Source: Azolla caroliniana (lineage: Eukaryota > Plantae > Polypodiophyta). From it: a stretch of DNA of 64,000 nucleotides. Numbering within the stretch: the first letter of the stretch is position 1; every line of letters begins with the position of its first letter. The notes under the pieces are model-generated. The model saw nothing but the letters and a program-made list of their open reading frames with translations. It made no database searches and was not told the origin of the DNA. Below are positions 11,112 through 24,700 of the stretch, piece after piece. The translations under genes and the position numbers were made by a program. The stretch spans positions 17,608,001 to 17,672,000 of the forward strand of contig JBHGNT010000011.1 of the NCBI GenBank assembly GCA_043228905.1, read 5' to 3'.

Positions 11112-14100
11112 TAGGAGCCATGCAACTGGACATCTCCCGTCGCCCACATTCTCTTGGTTCCATTGCCGGACCATCAGGAAATTTCACATTGGAGGTATGG
11201 CTTTCGTTTAACTCTAGTTCCATTCAGTCTGTTGCTTTACTTGATTCTGGGGCATCTTCTTGCTTCATCGACGTCGCGTTTGCCCAAGCACATGGCGTAC
11301 CTGTCGTTGGCCTCTCAAAACCCATTCCAGTTGAAGCCATCGACGGGTGCGTCCTCTCATCAGGTGCAATTACTCAAGCTACAATCCCATTAGGGCTTCG
11401 GGTGGGCTCACACCAAGAGGAGCTCACCTTTTACCTCATCGCATCTCCTCGACATCCGATCGTCTTAGGACTAACGTGGTTGGAGGCGCACAATCCAATA
11501 GTGGATTGGTACAACCGCTCGATCACATTTAGCAAGCCAAGATGCTCGTGCAAAAGTATGAAGGTAAATTCAGTTTCCTATCCTTCGGGGACGGTCGACT
11601 CCGAATTGACTACCCCATCATCGGTCCAGGATGGGTTTGTTTGTGGCGCCATTTCTAACACACTCCATGTTATTCCCGAAAAATACCAACACTTCTCCGA
11701 CGTATTTGAAAAATGTAATGCTGATCGTTTGCCTGAACACCGGCTCTACGACTGTCCGATTGATCTTCAAGAAGGTGCATGTCCACCCTTTGGTCCTCTA
11801 TATGTGTTGTCTGCACCAGAGTTGAAGGCCCTTCGTGTGTATCTCGATGAGAACCTCGAGAAAGGCTTTATTCAACCTTCTAAGTCACCAGCCGGGGCCC
11901 CCATTTTATTTGTGAAGAAGAAGGACGGCTCTCTACGCTTATGCGTCGACTACCGAGGTCTCAACAAACTCACTGTGCGCAACCGCTATCCGCTACCTCT
12001 GATCCCCGAACTCCTTGATCGGCTCCGAGTTGCGCGTGTCTTCTCCAAAGTTGATCTGCGTGGAGCGTACAATCTAGTACGCATCAAGCCAGGGGATGAA
12101 TGGAAAACCGCATTTCGAACACGGTATGGGCATTTCGAATACAAGGTAATGCCTTTTGGTCTTACTAACACTCCCGCAGTTTTTCAACATATGATGAACG
12201 ATATTTTCCGAGAATATCTTGATCTTTTTGTTGTCATTTACCTCGATGATATTCTCATTTTCTCGCCAAACATGGAGGAGCACACTCGCCAAGTCCGATT
12301 AGTTCTTGCCAAACTTCGCAAGCATGGCCTTTATGCCAAAGGCGAAAAATGCGAGTTCGACCGTACCTCGATCGAATTTCTGGGCTACATCATCTCGCCC
12401 ACTGGCATCACCATGGATATGAAGAAGGTCTCTATCATTCAAGCGTGGGCGACTCCAAGGCGACTTAAAGATGTGCAATCCTTCCTCGGCTTCGCAAATT
12501 TTTACCGTCGCTTCATCAAGGGGTTTTCCACCCTAGCACAACCTCTTATCGCTCTCACCCATAAAGGCACTCCATTTTTATGGACCTCGGAGACACAAAA
12601 TGCATTCGACTCACTCAAACACGCATTCATCATTGCCCCGGTGCTGCTACATGCCGACCCCACAAAACCCTTCCAAGTCGAAACCGATGCCTCTGACTTT
12701 GCCATTGGCGCCATCTTATCCTAGGTAGACGACAACAACCTAATGCACCCAGTGGCTTACTATTCCCGAAAATTTACGGCATCCGAAATCAATTATCCCA
12801 TTTACGACAAGGAGCTTGATGCTATCATTGCTGCCTTTGAAGAATGGCGACCCTACTTGGCTGGCGCACATTGTGTCCAGGTAGTGACTGATCATAAAAA
12901 TTTAGTTTATTTTTCCACTACTCGTACTTTGAATCGAAGGCAGGCCCGTTGGTCGACATTTCTCGCCGACTACGATTTTGAGATCGTATTTTGACCTGGT
13001 GGCCAACATGGGAAGGCTGATGCCCTTTCTCGCCGAGCTGACCTTGCACTCCGCCCTGGGGATGCTGCTTATGCTCAACAATCTAGACGTTTGTTGAAAC
13101 CCGACCAATTGCATCTTTTTGCCACTTGTATGTTGCAGGATGATTCTTTACTCCAGCAAATCATTGATGCATCCAAGACCGATGCGTTCGCCAACGAGAT
13201 TCGAGATAGTCTGCAAAACCCCTCCAAGGCGACCAAAAGGAAGGATCTTGACACCTTCACCATACAAGGGGGTTTGTTGTTCCGAGATCATCTCTTATAC
13301 GTCCCAGAGGGCCCATGTCGCACCGGGGTGTTGCGGGAATGCCACGATGACCCACTTGCAGGTCATTTCGGGGTCGTGAAAACCCTCGAGCTAATCTCTC
13401 GGGGGTATTGGTGGCCACAACCATGGAAGCTAGTCAAAGAATACATAAAGAGTTGTGAGGTTTGTGCTCGCTCCAAAGCCATTCATCATCGGCCATACGG
13501 CTTACTACAGCCGCTTCCATGTCCTCGTCGTCCTTGGGCCTCTATCTCTATGGACCTGATAACTGATCTACCCTTGGTCAATAGCTATGACTCGGTGTTG
13601 GTCATTGTCGATCGGTTTACGAAGATGGCTCACTTCACTCCATGCTCCAAAACCATTTCCGGAGAAGGAATGGTGCATCTCCTACTCAACAATGTGGTAC
13701 GCTTGCATGGACTCCCCGATGATGTCATCTCGGATCACGGACCCCAGTTTATCTCTCACTTCTGGCAGCGCCTGCTACAAACTTTAGGCATCTCTGTCAA
13801 GTTGTCCTCCGCTTATCACCCCCAAACTGACGGGCAAACAGAGCGTGTCAACCAAATCCTTGAGCAGTATCTTCGGTGCTCGGTTAGTTACCAACAAGAT
13901 GATTAGGTCAACTTACTTTCGCTCGTGGAATTTGCCTACAATAATTCTCTCCATGCATCGACTGGCGTCACTCCCTTCTTTGCCAACTACAGTTTACATC
14001 CTCACTTCAACATTTCCCTTCCTACCACTTCCGTGAACCCTTCGGCGGAGGATCGTGCCCGCATTTTGGAAGAACTACATCATGATTTATCCTTGGAGCT

Positions 14101-14665
14101 TAGTCTTGCTAGTGAACGATACAAGAAGCAGGCTTATCGCCATCGATCTTCCACTCCACACTTTGTCGTTGGAGACATGGTCTGGTTGTTACGTCGACAC
14201 ATCTCTACTACTCGTCCATGTGCGAAACTTGATTACAAGAAGTTGGGACCATTCCATATCATCGAGTGCATCAATCCCGTCGCCTTCCGGCTCGCCCTTC
14301 CATCCCACTTCCAGATTCACGATGTTTTTCATGTCTCCCTCCTCGAACCCCATTATGCTTCACAACTCCCAGGACGTCAAGCCCCACCACCACCACCTGT
14401 GCAATTGACGACATGGGAGGAATACGAGGTCGACCAAATCCTTGACTCGCGTTGGCACCGTCGACACTTGCAATACCTCGTCCTATGGAGGGGTTACCCC
14501 ATGTCTGAGGCCACATGGGAACCATCGGCAAATTTACAAAATGCCCTAAAGGTCATCCAAGATTTTCATCACCGATATCCCCACAAACCAACGGCCGATT
14601 TGGGAAGGCGGCGTAAGAGGGGGGATAATGTCAAGATTCGAACTCTTGACACGACCATGTTATAA
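11087..14665 (+). pseudogene. Chromovirus pol (PR-RT-RNaseH-IN-chromodomain), -1 frame to gag, 3 premature stops
   Basis: LLDSGA, YLDD, ETDASD, HHCC, GPF, YEVDQILDSR..YLVLWRGY..TWEP; stops at 12722, 12992, 13904; all pieces in one frame. Confidence 0.93.
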
Positions 14666-14981
14666 TCTAGTATTATGAGTTAACCAAGATATCTAGTACT
14701 AGTTATGTATGTAATTGGCCCTTATTATTTTGCTAGCATCATGTGCATAGTTGCTCCCTTGTAGTATTTACACTTGGCACATGCATGCATACCTACATGC
14801 TCTATTGCAGATTCACATGCGTGCAACAAGTATGCATGCCATGTAGTATAAATAGAGGAGTTCACCTTGAAGGAATTCAAGGTGAACAACACCAGTTATG
14901 GAGTCTTTCCTTTAATACTATCTTCTTTCTTGTCCATTTGGTTATCTTCTTGCTTGTCTCTTGAGTTTATGATCCGTGACA
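14629..14981 (+). repeat. Chromovirus 3' LTR
   Basis: 353 bp, followed by TSD TTGTT. Confidence 0.97.
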
Positions 14982-17549
14982 TTGTTGATCTATAGGTTTA
15001 GATAAAAATGTTGTCCATGCACCTATAGTTTGTGCTAGCCCACGATCTAATTTTGCCCATGCACATCTAGTACATTCATTGCTCCTTTGATTAAATATAA
15101 ATCCAATTATAGAGAAGACATTAGTGACAACACATTGAATTCTGATCATTAATTAGCTTTCATAAAATATAGATAGCTTTGACGTGCATAATCGCATTTT
15201 GTGATACTTTTAGCACCACCGGTTGATGTGAGATGCATGGGACCCAAACACTTAGTTGGTAGGAATGATGGGTGGTGTCAACACAACATGTGTGTTGTGA
15301 TCACGAGCTATTTGTTCACGCTCATTTGGAATTGCTTGTTGAAGATCAATAATTGCAATGATTGATCCCATCATGATGAGAATTGGCAAACTTGTTTAAT
15401 ATTCACTAGTGTAGACTGCATACTAGCTTAGATGGCAATGCAGTTTGATCCTTCACAAGCCCTTGGGGAATGAGAAAAAACTATCACTCTTTTCCTCACC
15501 TAATAATGTGAACCCACCCTTACCCCCAAGTGTCTTCTACTCAACATCAATGAAATGTTGCATATTTGTTTCCGAGTCACCAAACAACACAGTTCCACCT
15601 TTATCGAAGGTTATAAGAGGATAACTATATGGCAATCGGATGAGGCAACAAACTTTTAAAAGAGACTTTATCATTAGGATCGAAGATCGTGAAAACCCTA
15701 AATTCTTCTTCACTTAGAAAAAAATTTGTTTTTTCTTGTTTCGTTCATAAATTTGCCCAAGTCTCCAAGATTTCTATCAATATACATTAGTGATCTCGAC
15801 TTTCCACACTTTAATAAAATGATGCAAAAGCGTTACTTGTTTTAAAAAGCCAAAGAAGTTGGGATGTATGTGAAAACAAGATCAAATCCTAAAGTAGTTT
15901 TGCACATGCCGACAACTTGTCTTCACATATATTTAACTTTATACGTCATTTTGTGAATGTAGACCAATAATTTACAACATAGTTATCTTATGATGTTAAT
16001 GGTGTGGTTTACCGTTATACTAGATAAAGTCGAGAAAATGAATACGTGCATTGTTAGGGATAGATATATAGTTATGTTTCAAAATATTATACGAAAATGA
16101 TTGTTGTTCAATAGTGGGTTGAAAACATTATGTAGACCATATTTTACATAGCCTAGTAACTTGATCCAAGCTTCGATGAATGTGAGTGCCTTTTCAAATA
16201 GAAACATGTTATGAGTTCTAGTTCCTCGAAAGACCATGAATGTGAGTTGCTTGTATTAATTTATCTTGGTTGTCATGTGTTCTTCACATGTCTCACACAA
16301 CTCGTTTTTAAAATGTGCAAACCAAAACTTTCACTATGCATTCATGTGAATTTCATCAACTAAGTTGTGTACATAATGGAAATTTTGGAGGACAAAAAAC
16401 TTTATCGTTATGCATTATTTGATTCTCTTTAATTAATAGGGATGCCTCTCAACATAGAATCCTACATTTTTCACCATGCATGAGTTTGCATTGATGGATA
16501 AAGGCCCATTGGCTATATGACCCACATCATTTTTTAAGGTTTTTGTGAGTCTTATTCCCTATTTACTTAGTTAATTCTAATATTAATTCAACAGAGAATC
16601 CACATTCATGAATCAAAATTACATAGTTCAATGTACGACATATTGATCCCATTGTCATGGAAATTTAGAACATTGACATATCTTTATTTAATAACTTGAT
16701 TAACATTACATAAAAATGTAATATAACATCACTAATACGCATAGAGAGTACCTCACCATACCATACCATCAGAGATAATGTATATAATAATAACCACTAA
16801 ATTGTTTGGATCACAATTTTGCTTTGTATAATCTTAAAAAATATCAGCAACCATCGCTAGTGTGATGATGTAGTTTGCTTCACCATTCACATTAACAAAT
16901 AGAATAGCTAGGTATTGCTAACCCAAAAACGAAATAGAGAGAAATATGTCCATTAATGATTTTATAACAGACATTCACATCTCCAAATTAATTTTCATGT
17001 AAGCCTATTATGTGATTTTGAGCAAACACATTTTTACATGTCTTTGGCATGGCAAATGGCCTATGTGGCAATATTTTGTAAATTTATTGCATTGGATGAA
17101 TCCCGGATTTTTACAATGAATGATGATACCAAGGTCAAGACGGTGCTCAAGAACAACGCAAGTTGTTAAACCAATGTTTAAAAGTTGATTGTTTAGCCAA
17201 ACTTTAGGTCTTATCTATTATTGGAAGTATATGTACAAAACGAGTTGGGCGATAGGGGTTTTGGACGGCAATCATGTTATAAAACCTAGGTTGGATGATA
17301 TCAATGAGAACCACACTAGATTGAGCCATACAAAAAACCAACCATACATATTCATGAAAATGTTGTTGTGGAGGATTTCAACAAAAGGGAGAAAAGCTCG
17401 CCGATCGTGTGGGAACGGGGGTGTGCACAGATGCACATAAAAAGAGTCTTTGTAAAAAAAACAAATGTAAATAAGTAGAGTATAATAAGTACAAGACAAT
17501 GTGACTTAAATAGGTACTTTTAAGATCCGATAAAAAGGGGGGCAATGAA

Positions 17550-19968
17550 GTGTGTGACGGAAGGAAATCAAGGGAGAGAATCGATGAAAGAAGCGGTCGT
17601 CATGAAAGCTGTTGTAACCGACCCTGCTTGAGCTATAAAGGGAGGGGAGGAAGACCGTTACAGGGATCGATCGATCATTTTGGAGGGGAAGGTGTTGTCG
17701 TTTTTGTGATCTGGAGTGTTGTTGGTTTTCTGTTCTGTGCTACTTCGGATACATAGGTGTGAGGCCTCTACTCACGTAGGAAGCCTATGTGCTCCTGACT
17801 AGAGGCTCAGCTGTGTGTGCATGTGCATGCGTGAACACCAACCTCGAAGCTCTGATTTCGGCCCGAGGCCGTTGTATTCTTCTCTATCTGTTAATTTATT
17901 CTTGGTATTGTTGTATACGACTCTCTTTCTGTGTTGTGTCTACATTCGTTTCTCTATTTTTGTGTCCGAATGGTGTCATTCTTCCGCATCCGTCCTCTCT
18001 TATCCACTTGAGTCCCTAAGCCCGTGTGCTCCTCTTTCGGGATCTGGCATCCAAGCCGGACCAGATACAGGTTTTACGAGCCCGTGCGCTCTGTTATGAT
18101 ATTCAATGTTCGAGCCGGATAGTCACTACAAGCTTTGTGGTCTCTCTCTGGCTCCTTAGTCGGAGGCCTTGGTGGCCCAGCTTGGTCTGACATGTAAATG
18201 TGGAAAACCGCGACATCTTTGGTGAACCCGACATGAAAGGGCGGAAAGGAGTCTCTAGATGAGAGGGGGTGAACTTGCAGAAGCAATGGCGGCCGCTATG
18301 GACCGTCTCATGAATTCTCGAGAGAGCTGAGTAGGGCCATAGAAACTATAGTCGACATGTCGGGCCGATTTAACAGAAAGGACGTCTCAAACTATCTGGA
18401 GGCCTATAAGGCTGAGATGTTAATATGGGATATTCCGGAGGACAAGCGGTTTTCTAGATTTGCCTAAGTGGTCACACTAAGCATCCAAGTTGAGGTGCTT
18501 GAGGTACAAACCAACTATCGTAACTAGTCGGAGTTCGAGGAGCGGCTCCTCGAAAGATATGGACTGGAGGACTTGCTTCGGTTGTCAAAGAGGGAGCTCA
18601 TGGAATGGGTCGAGCTCCCCGAAAAAGGAACACATCAACGCTCCTCTAGGAGTTCAAGAAGAGATTTGTGTGACTATCGGCGCTTGACTGGACCGTGCTC
18701 GATACGAGCAAGGTCCTATTATTTTTAAAATCGGTCGACCCACGTGATCGGGAGAAGGTTGGTCTCCTCTTGGAGACGGATGAAGGGCTCATGACCGATT
18801 GGGCCATGGTAAACAGGGTTTGAGCCATTTCGACAAACGACATGAATGGAATGATGAAGGGTCGGCATTGGCCGACCCGACTAGAAGACGAGTAACGGGG
18901 AAGGTGCTGAATCGGTCGGACGAGACGCGAAGGCAGCTTGAGTTGGGCCCGGTGCCGACCAACGTGGTCGAGGAACCGTTGGGGTGCGGCATTAGAGGAA
19001 CTTACGAAGATGGTACGCAATCTCCAGATCGCTCAAGCTCAGAGGGATGGCGGGGGTCAATCTCATGACTAGCGCCCACCCAATGACCTTAGGTGCATGT
19101 GGTGCGACGGTGTCGACCACATTCGGAGAGACTACGTCGACTTCGTCGAGGCGCTAAGGAACAACGCGGTGTACCTCTGTAATGGTCGAGTACACGCGAG
19201 CGAAACATGAGGGTCGCTTGAAATAAACACCTATCAAGGCGGAATGAAGAGGTTAATGGAGGAGGAGGCAGCGCAACACGTCGAAGTCATTCATTACTCG
19301 GCGTCAACAAGCATACGGGTAGGTGGAGAGAAGAGCATCGGCTCTAGAAACGACACCGGATTTTGGCTGATTATATTGGAAGGCTTCACCGGTAAGAAGC
19401 TGAAGGAGGAGGTGAATCGTGCGGAGAGGCGGGTCCGAGAGGTCACCGGTTGGAGCAATCCTGTGGAGGAGAAGACTGGCTTCGTGGAAGCAGCATGCCA
19501 AAACTACAAAGTTCTGTGAATCCTCAACAGTCGGGTGGAACTCACTCTACGAGAAGTACTGGGTATTGCCAAGGAGTTCCACGACATGATCCTCGACCTG
19601 GTAAAGAGAATGTGTCTCTCGACTGAGCCGAAAAGCGAGAAACCGGTCGAGGTGAAAGTGGCCCATATCAACGAGATGGTGGTGGAAGAAGACTAAGCAA
19701 ACAACCACTATATGCGACCACATTGTGCAAGGGCTACGATGGAGACCCTGGTTCGGATAAGGGATGTGAAGGAACCGGTGGTGGCATTGATCGACCATTG
19801 ATCGGAGACAAATCTGATAGCAATGGACTTCTACAGAAAAGGGAAGTTGCCGATCAATACCAAGCACGGGTGGAAGATACTCGCGGCGACTCGTGCTACG
19901 GAAGAACTCCACGGTGCATGCCCGAATGTTTGAGTGAAGGTCAGTGATGTCGAAATTGACCAACACTT
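17550..19968 (+). mobile_element. Decayed, truncated Ty3/gypsy element (partial LTR, gag, protease)
   Basis: GC-richer block; GRFNRKDVSNYLEAYKAEM gag-like segment (~18360), CMWCDGVDH knuckle (~19095), ALIDH*SETNL protease (~19785); ends unclear. Confidence 0.7.
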
Positions 19969-21764
19969 TGTTGATGGGTGGCACCCCAAGATCGGCTCCA
20001 CACCCCTCTCAAGGGGGTTCAAATGTGAGGGGACAATTGGTGGCACACGCATTGGCAGATGATTATTTTATGTTTTTACAAGCCTCAAAAGAAAATATTA
20101 AAAGGAGTATGCAAGTTTGAGATCAATTTGCTTTGGCTTCAGGGTTGTATATAAATTGGAGGAAGTCTCGCCTTATTTCTTGTACGGAGAGTGATTTGGA
20201 ATGTTTGGGATGGCGAGGGTCAGTGATTACACGAGGTTCAATTGATCGACATTTGGGTTATCCATTGGGCATTGATGTTACAAATGTTCAATTGATTGAT
20301 TGGATTGGTAGTAAATTGAGGGACAAATTTATGTATTGGAAGTCTCAATTATGGCCCTTTCATGTACGACTCAAAGTGGTGCAATGTATCTTGATACCCA
20401 TGTTATTATATTTTTTGCCTTTACTTCCTTGGACTAAGAAGGCATTACAAAGCATGTTACAACCTATTCGGTTCATGTTGTGGCGGAAGGGAGAAATGAT
20501 GGGAGTTACATGGATTTCATTGAACCATTTGGCTACTCCTAAAAGGTTAGGTGGTGTAGCAATATTGGATTTGGAAAGGCATTCGATGGCTCGTAGATTT
20601 ACATTATTACGAGATATATGTCAACAAGATCAACCATGGATATCTATGATACAATATTTTATTGAGCTTGAAGGATTGGTGCATGGGAAAACAAAGATTC
20701 AAGCATCATGGTGGTCACCACTGAATGGAAGTAATCCTCTAAAGATTCGACATTCTGTATGCGGACAACATTTGGTAAGATCGTGGCAAGATGCATTATT
20801 TCTTTTTGAATGGGGACCATCAAGTGATCGAGAATATTGTAATTCATTACAAAACGAATTGCTTGTTTCTTCTTGAGTGTTGTTTTGGCAGGGGAAAGAG
20901 AATTTGCGATCCCAATTCAATTGTTTATTTCGATAGGGATTGTGCATTTGGAAGATGTGTTTGATAATGAATCTCAAAGGTTGTCGGATTTTGAAGATGC
21001 CAAGAGATGGTTATGTATTCCCACAAATTATGGATTTATTTGGGAGAAATTACATGATATACCACTGTTGCAAGGATCTTTGCCATTGAAAACCAAATTT
21101 GCACCTTGGGTAGATTGGCTGTTACAAGATGGTACACGCTTGTTATAGGTCACTACAAATATATTGTATCATCATGTGATAACATCATTATCTTGGCTAT
21201 CTCCTAAAGCAACGAAGTTGTGGAATGTATATAAATCAGATGCAAGGTGGCGGAAAATATTATAACGTGGTTGGCATTCCCATCTACCATTTCGTGCAAA
21301 GGTATTCATATGGAGAGTCATGATTGGTGGGCTCCCATTAGGTTCAGCCTTAAAGAGACGAGGACTAGGGTCTGGCACTTGTTTCTTTTGCACCGTTCCA
21401 TTGGAGGATAGTACACATAGGTTCATTAAATGTCCTATAGCATGTACCATTTGGAAGTACTTATCGGACATTTGGCAAGTTTTAACCCGTTGTTGTTTGA
21501 GACCTCAACAATGGGTTTTTTCTCAATATGTTCAAAATGGATCAAATGATGAGATGGAGATATTGTTCAAATTTTTACGTTATTGGGGTCTACAACACAA
21601 TTGGAATATGCGTAATGCTTTCATGTTTGATAATAGACATGGGGTGAAAGCCTATATAAAGAAGCTTAAATGTATTCTCATGTAGAATTTTTGGATGTTA
21701 GAGCATGTGGGGATCGTTTCCACAAAAACATATTTAGGTTTTTTAGTAGCATTACAGAACATCC

Positions 21765-24700
21765 TGTCGAATACAAGTGTATAATGGACGTATTCACACT
21801 ATCCCTTTGTATAGCTCAAGTTTGGGCCATTTGTGTAATTAGCATAAATGGTAGTTGCCCTAAGTTTGTCACTATATAAAGTGACCTAGTAACCTTTTTG
21901 TAAGGTTGGTTGTATTATTGTTTCTATTGAATAGAAAGAGTCTTTTGTGCCTCCTCTCTCTCTCTCTTTCTATCTCTGTGCACGATCTTGGAAACTGTCA
22001 TACGCAGGTACTCAACCCCAATCGAATGCTACTTGATCTTCCGCATTGACGGCCTTGTCTTCAACATTTGGTATGAGAGCCTGCACAGTATTCGGTCCCT
22101 CAACCTGCTGTCGGCCGTCGTCTCAGCCTACACAGCATTCGGTTCTTCGCTTCATCACAGCCTGCACAGTATTCGGTCTTTCGCTTCATCCTAGTCTGCA
22201 AAGCATTTAGCTTCTTGCGTCATTCGAAGAAACAGAGAAGAAAGTTGGCAAACACAAGCTTGAATCTCGCTGCGTTAGATCATCACTCGGAGTAAGCCAG
22301 TCGGTTGTACTCTACTTCCTTGATCGTAACTGCTTGAGGTGGGCTTCCTGCACAACGACGACTTCAAGACAACCCCAATTCGTGCTTCATCCGGCTGATC
22401 GACATTCGGGAGGATCAGTTGGATCCGTCTCTCTCGTCGCTGCAGTCACCCGAAGCAGAATCGGTCCAGACAATCGGTTTCAATAATCGGTATTTGGCAT
22501 ATATATTCAGAAGCGAACCGGGCTCACTCCGACTCGGCAACATTCGGGAAGACCAGTCGGTTCTGTCCCTCAAGTTACCGGAGTCAATTCGAGCAAGTTC
22601 AACAATACATATATCCGAAGCCGAACCGACTCGGGTTCAAATCCGACCAGAACGATATCGGGTGAGCCAACCGGCTGCACTCCAACAAGGTTCGTAGTCA
22701 ACTCCGAACCGAGCTTCGTCAACCGAAACCAAATTTGATGGCATCAACATCCGGCTCGTCAGAAATGAGTCTACGAAAGTTCGATGGATCGAACTTCAAC
22801 TTCTGGAAGGAGCAAATGCAGGACTATCTCATAGTCAAGGGGCAAATCGATCCCATCGAAAATGAAGAACCTCCAGAAGGATACAAACCAATTGAGTGGC
22901 AGAAGCTGGACAGGATCGTCCGCGCCACGATTCGGATGCACCTATCGGAATCGGTATACTTTAAGGTGCAATCGTGTACGACAACATTCGAATTGTGGAA
23001 AACACTGTCGGACACCTACGAAAAGAAGGTCGCTGCAACGAAGATGTTTCTGATCCGGCGCCTCTACAACTTGCGGATGAAAGAATCAGATTCGGTTCAA
23101 GCACATCTCAATGAGTATGAAAGCATAAGCTCCCAAATCTCATCTCAGGGGACGACAATCGAGGATGAACTCAGAGCAATGATACTCATGAGCAGCCTTC
23201 CCTCATCATGGGAAACTTTCGTCACAACCGTGTGCAACGCGTCAACCACGGCTGTTAAATACTCCGAAGTCACGAGCGCAATCCTGACCGAAGCAGCTCG
23301 GAGAAAGTCTTTCGCCAAAGACTCAACAGACGACGCTTATGTAGTACAAGGTTCGACAGACCGATCGAACATACGAGGAAGAGATTCCTCACGGCAGCCG
23401 AACAATCAGCGAAGACGGAGCTAGTCACGGGATAATCGAATCTGCAACTATTGCAAGAAACCCGGACACATCAAAGCCGACTGCCGCGCACTCAAGAACA
23501 AGAACGACAAGTCCCAGAAATCAGACAAGAAGAGTGGCCGGCATGAGGAGATCAATTACGTCAGCTTCTCAGCTGATGTGCTACCAAACGACCCGAATAT
23601 ACTATCAATCGAAAATCCAGTCGGATCAGAAGTTCTGCTCACGACTGAAGAATCGAGCACATGGCTCTTAGATTCGGGCGCGTCATTTCACGTGACTCCT
23701 CATCGATCCCAATTTCGGCAATATACAATCCGTCACTCCGACTCAGTTCGAGTCGGCAACTCGCAACACTGTGACATCATTGGAATCGGCACAGTAGAGC
23801 TCAACCTTGCAGGTGGCTCTACACTTGTACTTCACAATGTCCGACATGTACCCGAGCTCTCAAGGCCATTGATCTCAGTCGGACAACTAGATGAAGACGG
23901 CATTCGTGTTGGTTTTTCTTCGGGAGGGTGGACACTCCACAGGGGGAACCTCCTGCTTGCTAGAGGACCCAAGATACACTCACTGTATCCGTTACATGTT
24001 ACGCTCAGAGAGGGTAACCTGTTTTTGGTGGATATTCCTGTGTCATCACTATGGCACAGAAGATTAGGACACCTCAGCAAGGCCGGCATCACGCACCTAT
24101 CTAGAGCCGGATACATCCCTAAACTCTCGTTCTCGGACCATCAATTCTGCGAACATTGCCAGTATGGCAAACAAGCAGCCGCATCACACCCGACATCAGC
24201 ACCAAGAGAAACGAGACCTCTCGATTTAGTCCACTCGGACGTCTGTGGCCCAATGCCACATCAGTCTCTCGGCGGTGCCTCTTACTTCGTCAGTTTTATT
24301 GACGATTCGACTCGAAAGGTGTGGGCTTATCCAATTCGCACCAAAGATCGTGTCTTCTCGATCTTCTCCGATTGGCTCGCTATGGTAGAAAATCAAACTG
24401 ACCGAAAACTGAAATGCTTTCGGACCGACAATGGGGGAGAGTTCAAATCAGAAGAATTCGTCAAATTCTGCCGACAACGCGGCATCCGACGTGAATTTAC
24501 GGCACCACACAGTCCGGAGCAAAACGGGATTGCAGAATGCATGAATCGGACAATCCAAGAACGGATAGTTTCCATGCTCCAACACTCCGGACTGTCGGAT
24601 GGCTTCTGGGCAGAGGCTCTACTCACGGCAGTACACATAATCAATATGTCGCCAAGCAGACCTCTAGGACTTCAAATTCCTCAGGAACTATGGATCGGCA

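Larger units (their letters stand above)
9695..14981 (+). mobile_element. Ty3/gypsy chromovirus (Tcn1/Tf1-sushi-like) LTR retrotransposon, full length, defective
   Basis: 353-bp TG..CA LTRs, TSD TTGTT, PPT AAGAGGGGGG before 14629, gag-PR-RT-RH-IN-chromodomain order. Confidence 0.97.
8369..15073 (-). mobile_element. 5'-truncated L1-like LINE (~1.4 kb, zf-RVT C-terminus), split by the chromovirus
   Basis: 15-bp TSD ATTCATTGCTCCTTT at 8354-8368 and 15074-15088; A-tail on the minus strand; CRFCTNVIETAKHCLWRC motif; empty site at ~62651 in copy B. Confidence 0.88.
2688..16421 (+). repeat. Segmental duplication copy A (2688-~4100, ~6620-8368, 15089-16421 match copy B)
   Basis: Collinear direct similarity to 48737-64000, starting at CTGAATAGAA; roughly 85-90% identity by eye. 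Confidence 0.92.

Noticed and set aside
17040-17500. Possible CACTA/DUF4216-like remnant
   Set aside because: One weak motif (NQPYIF); no termini found.
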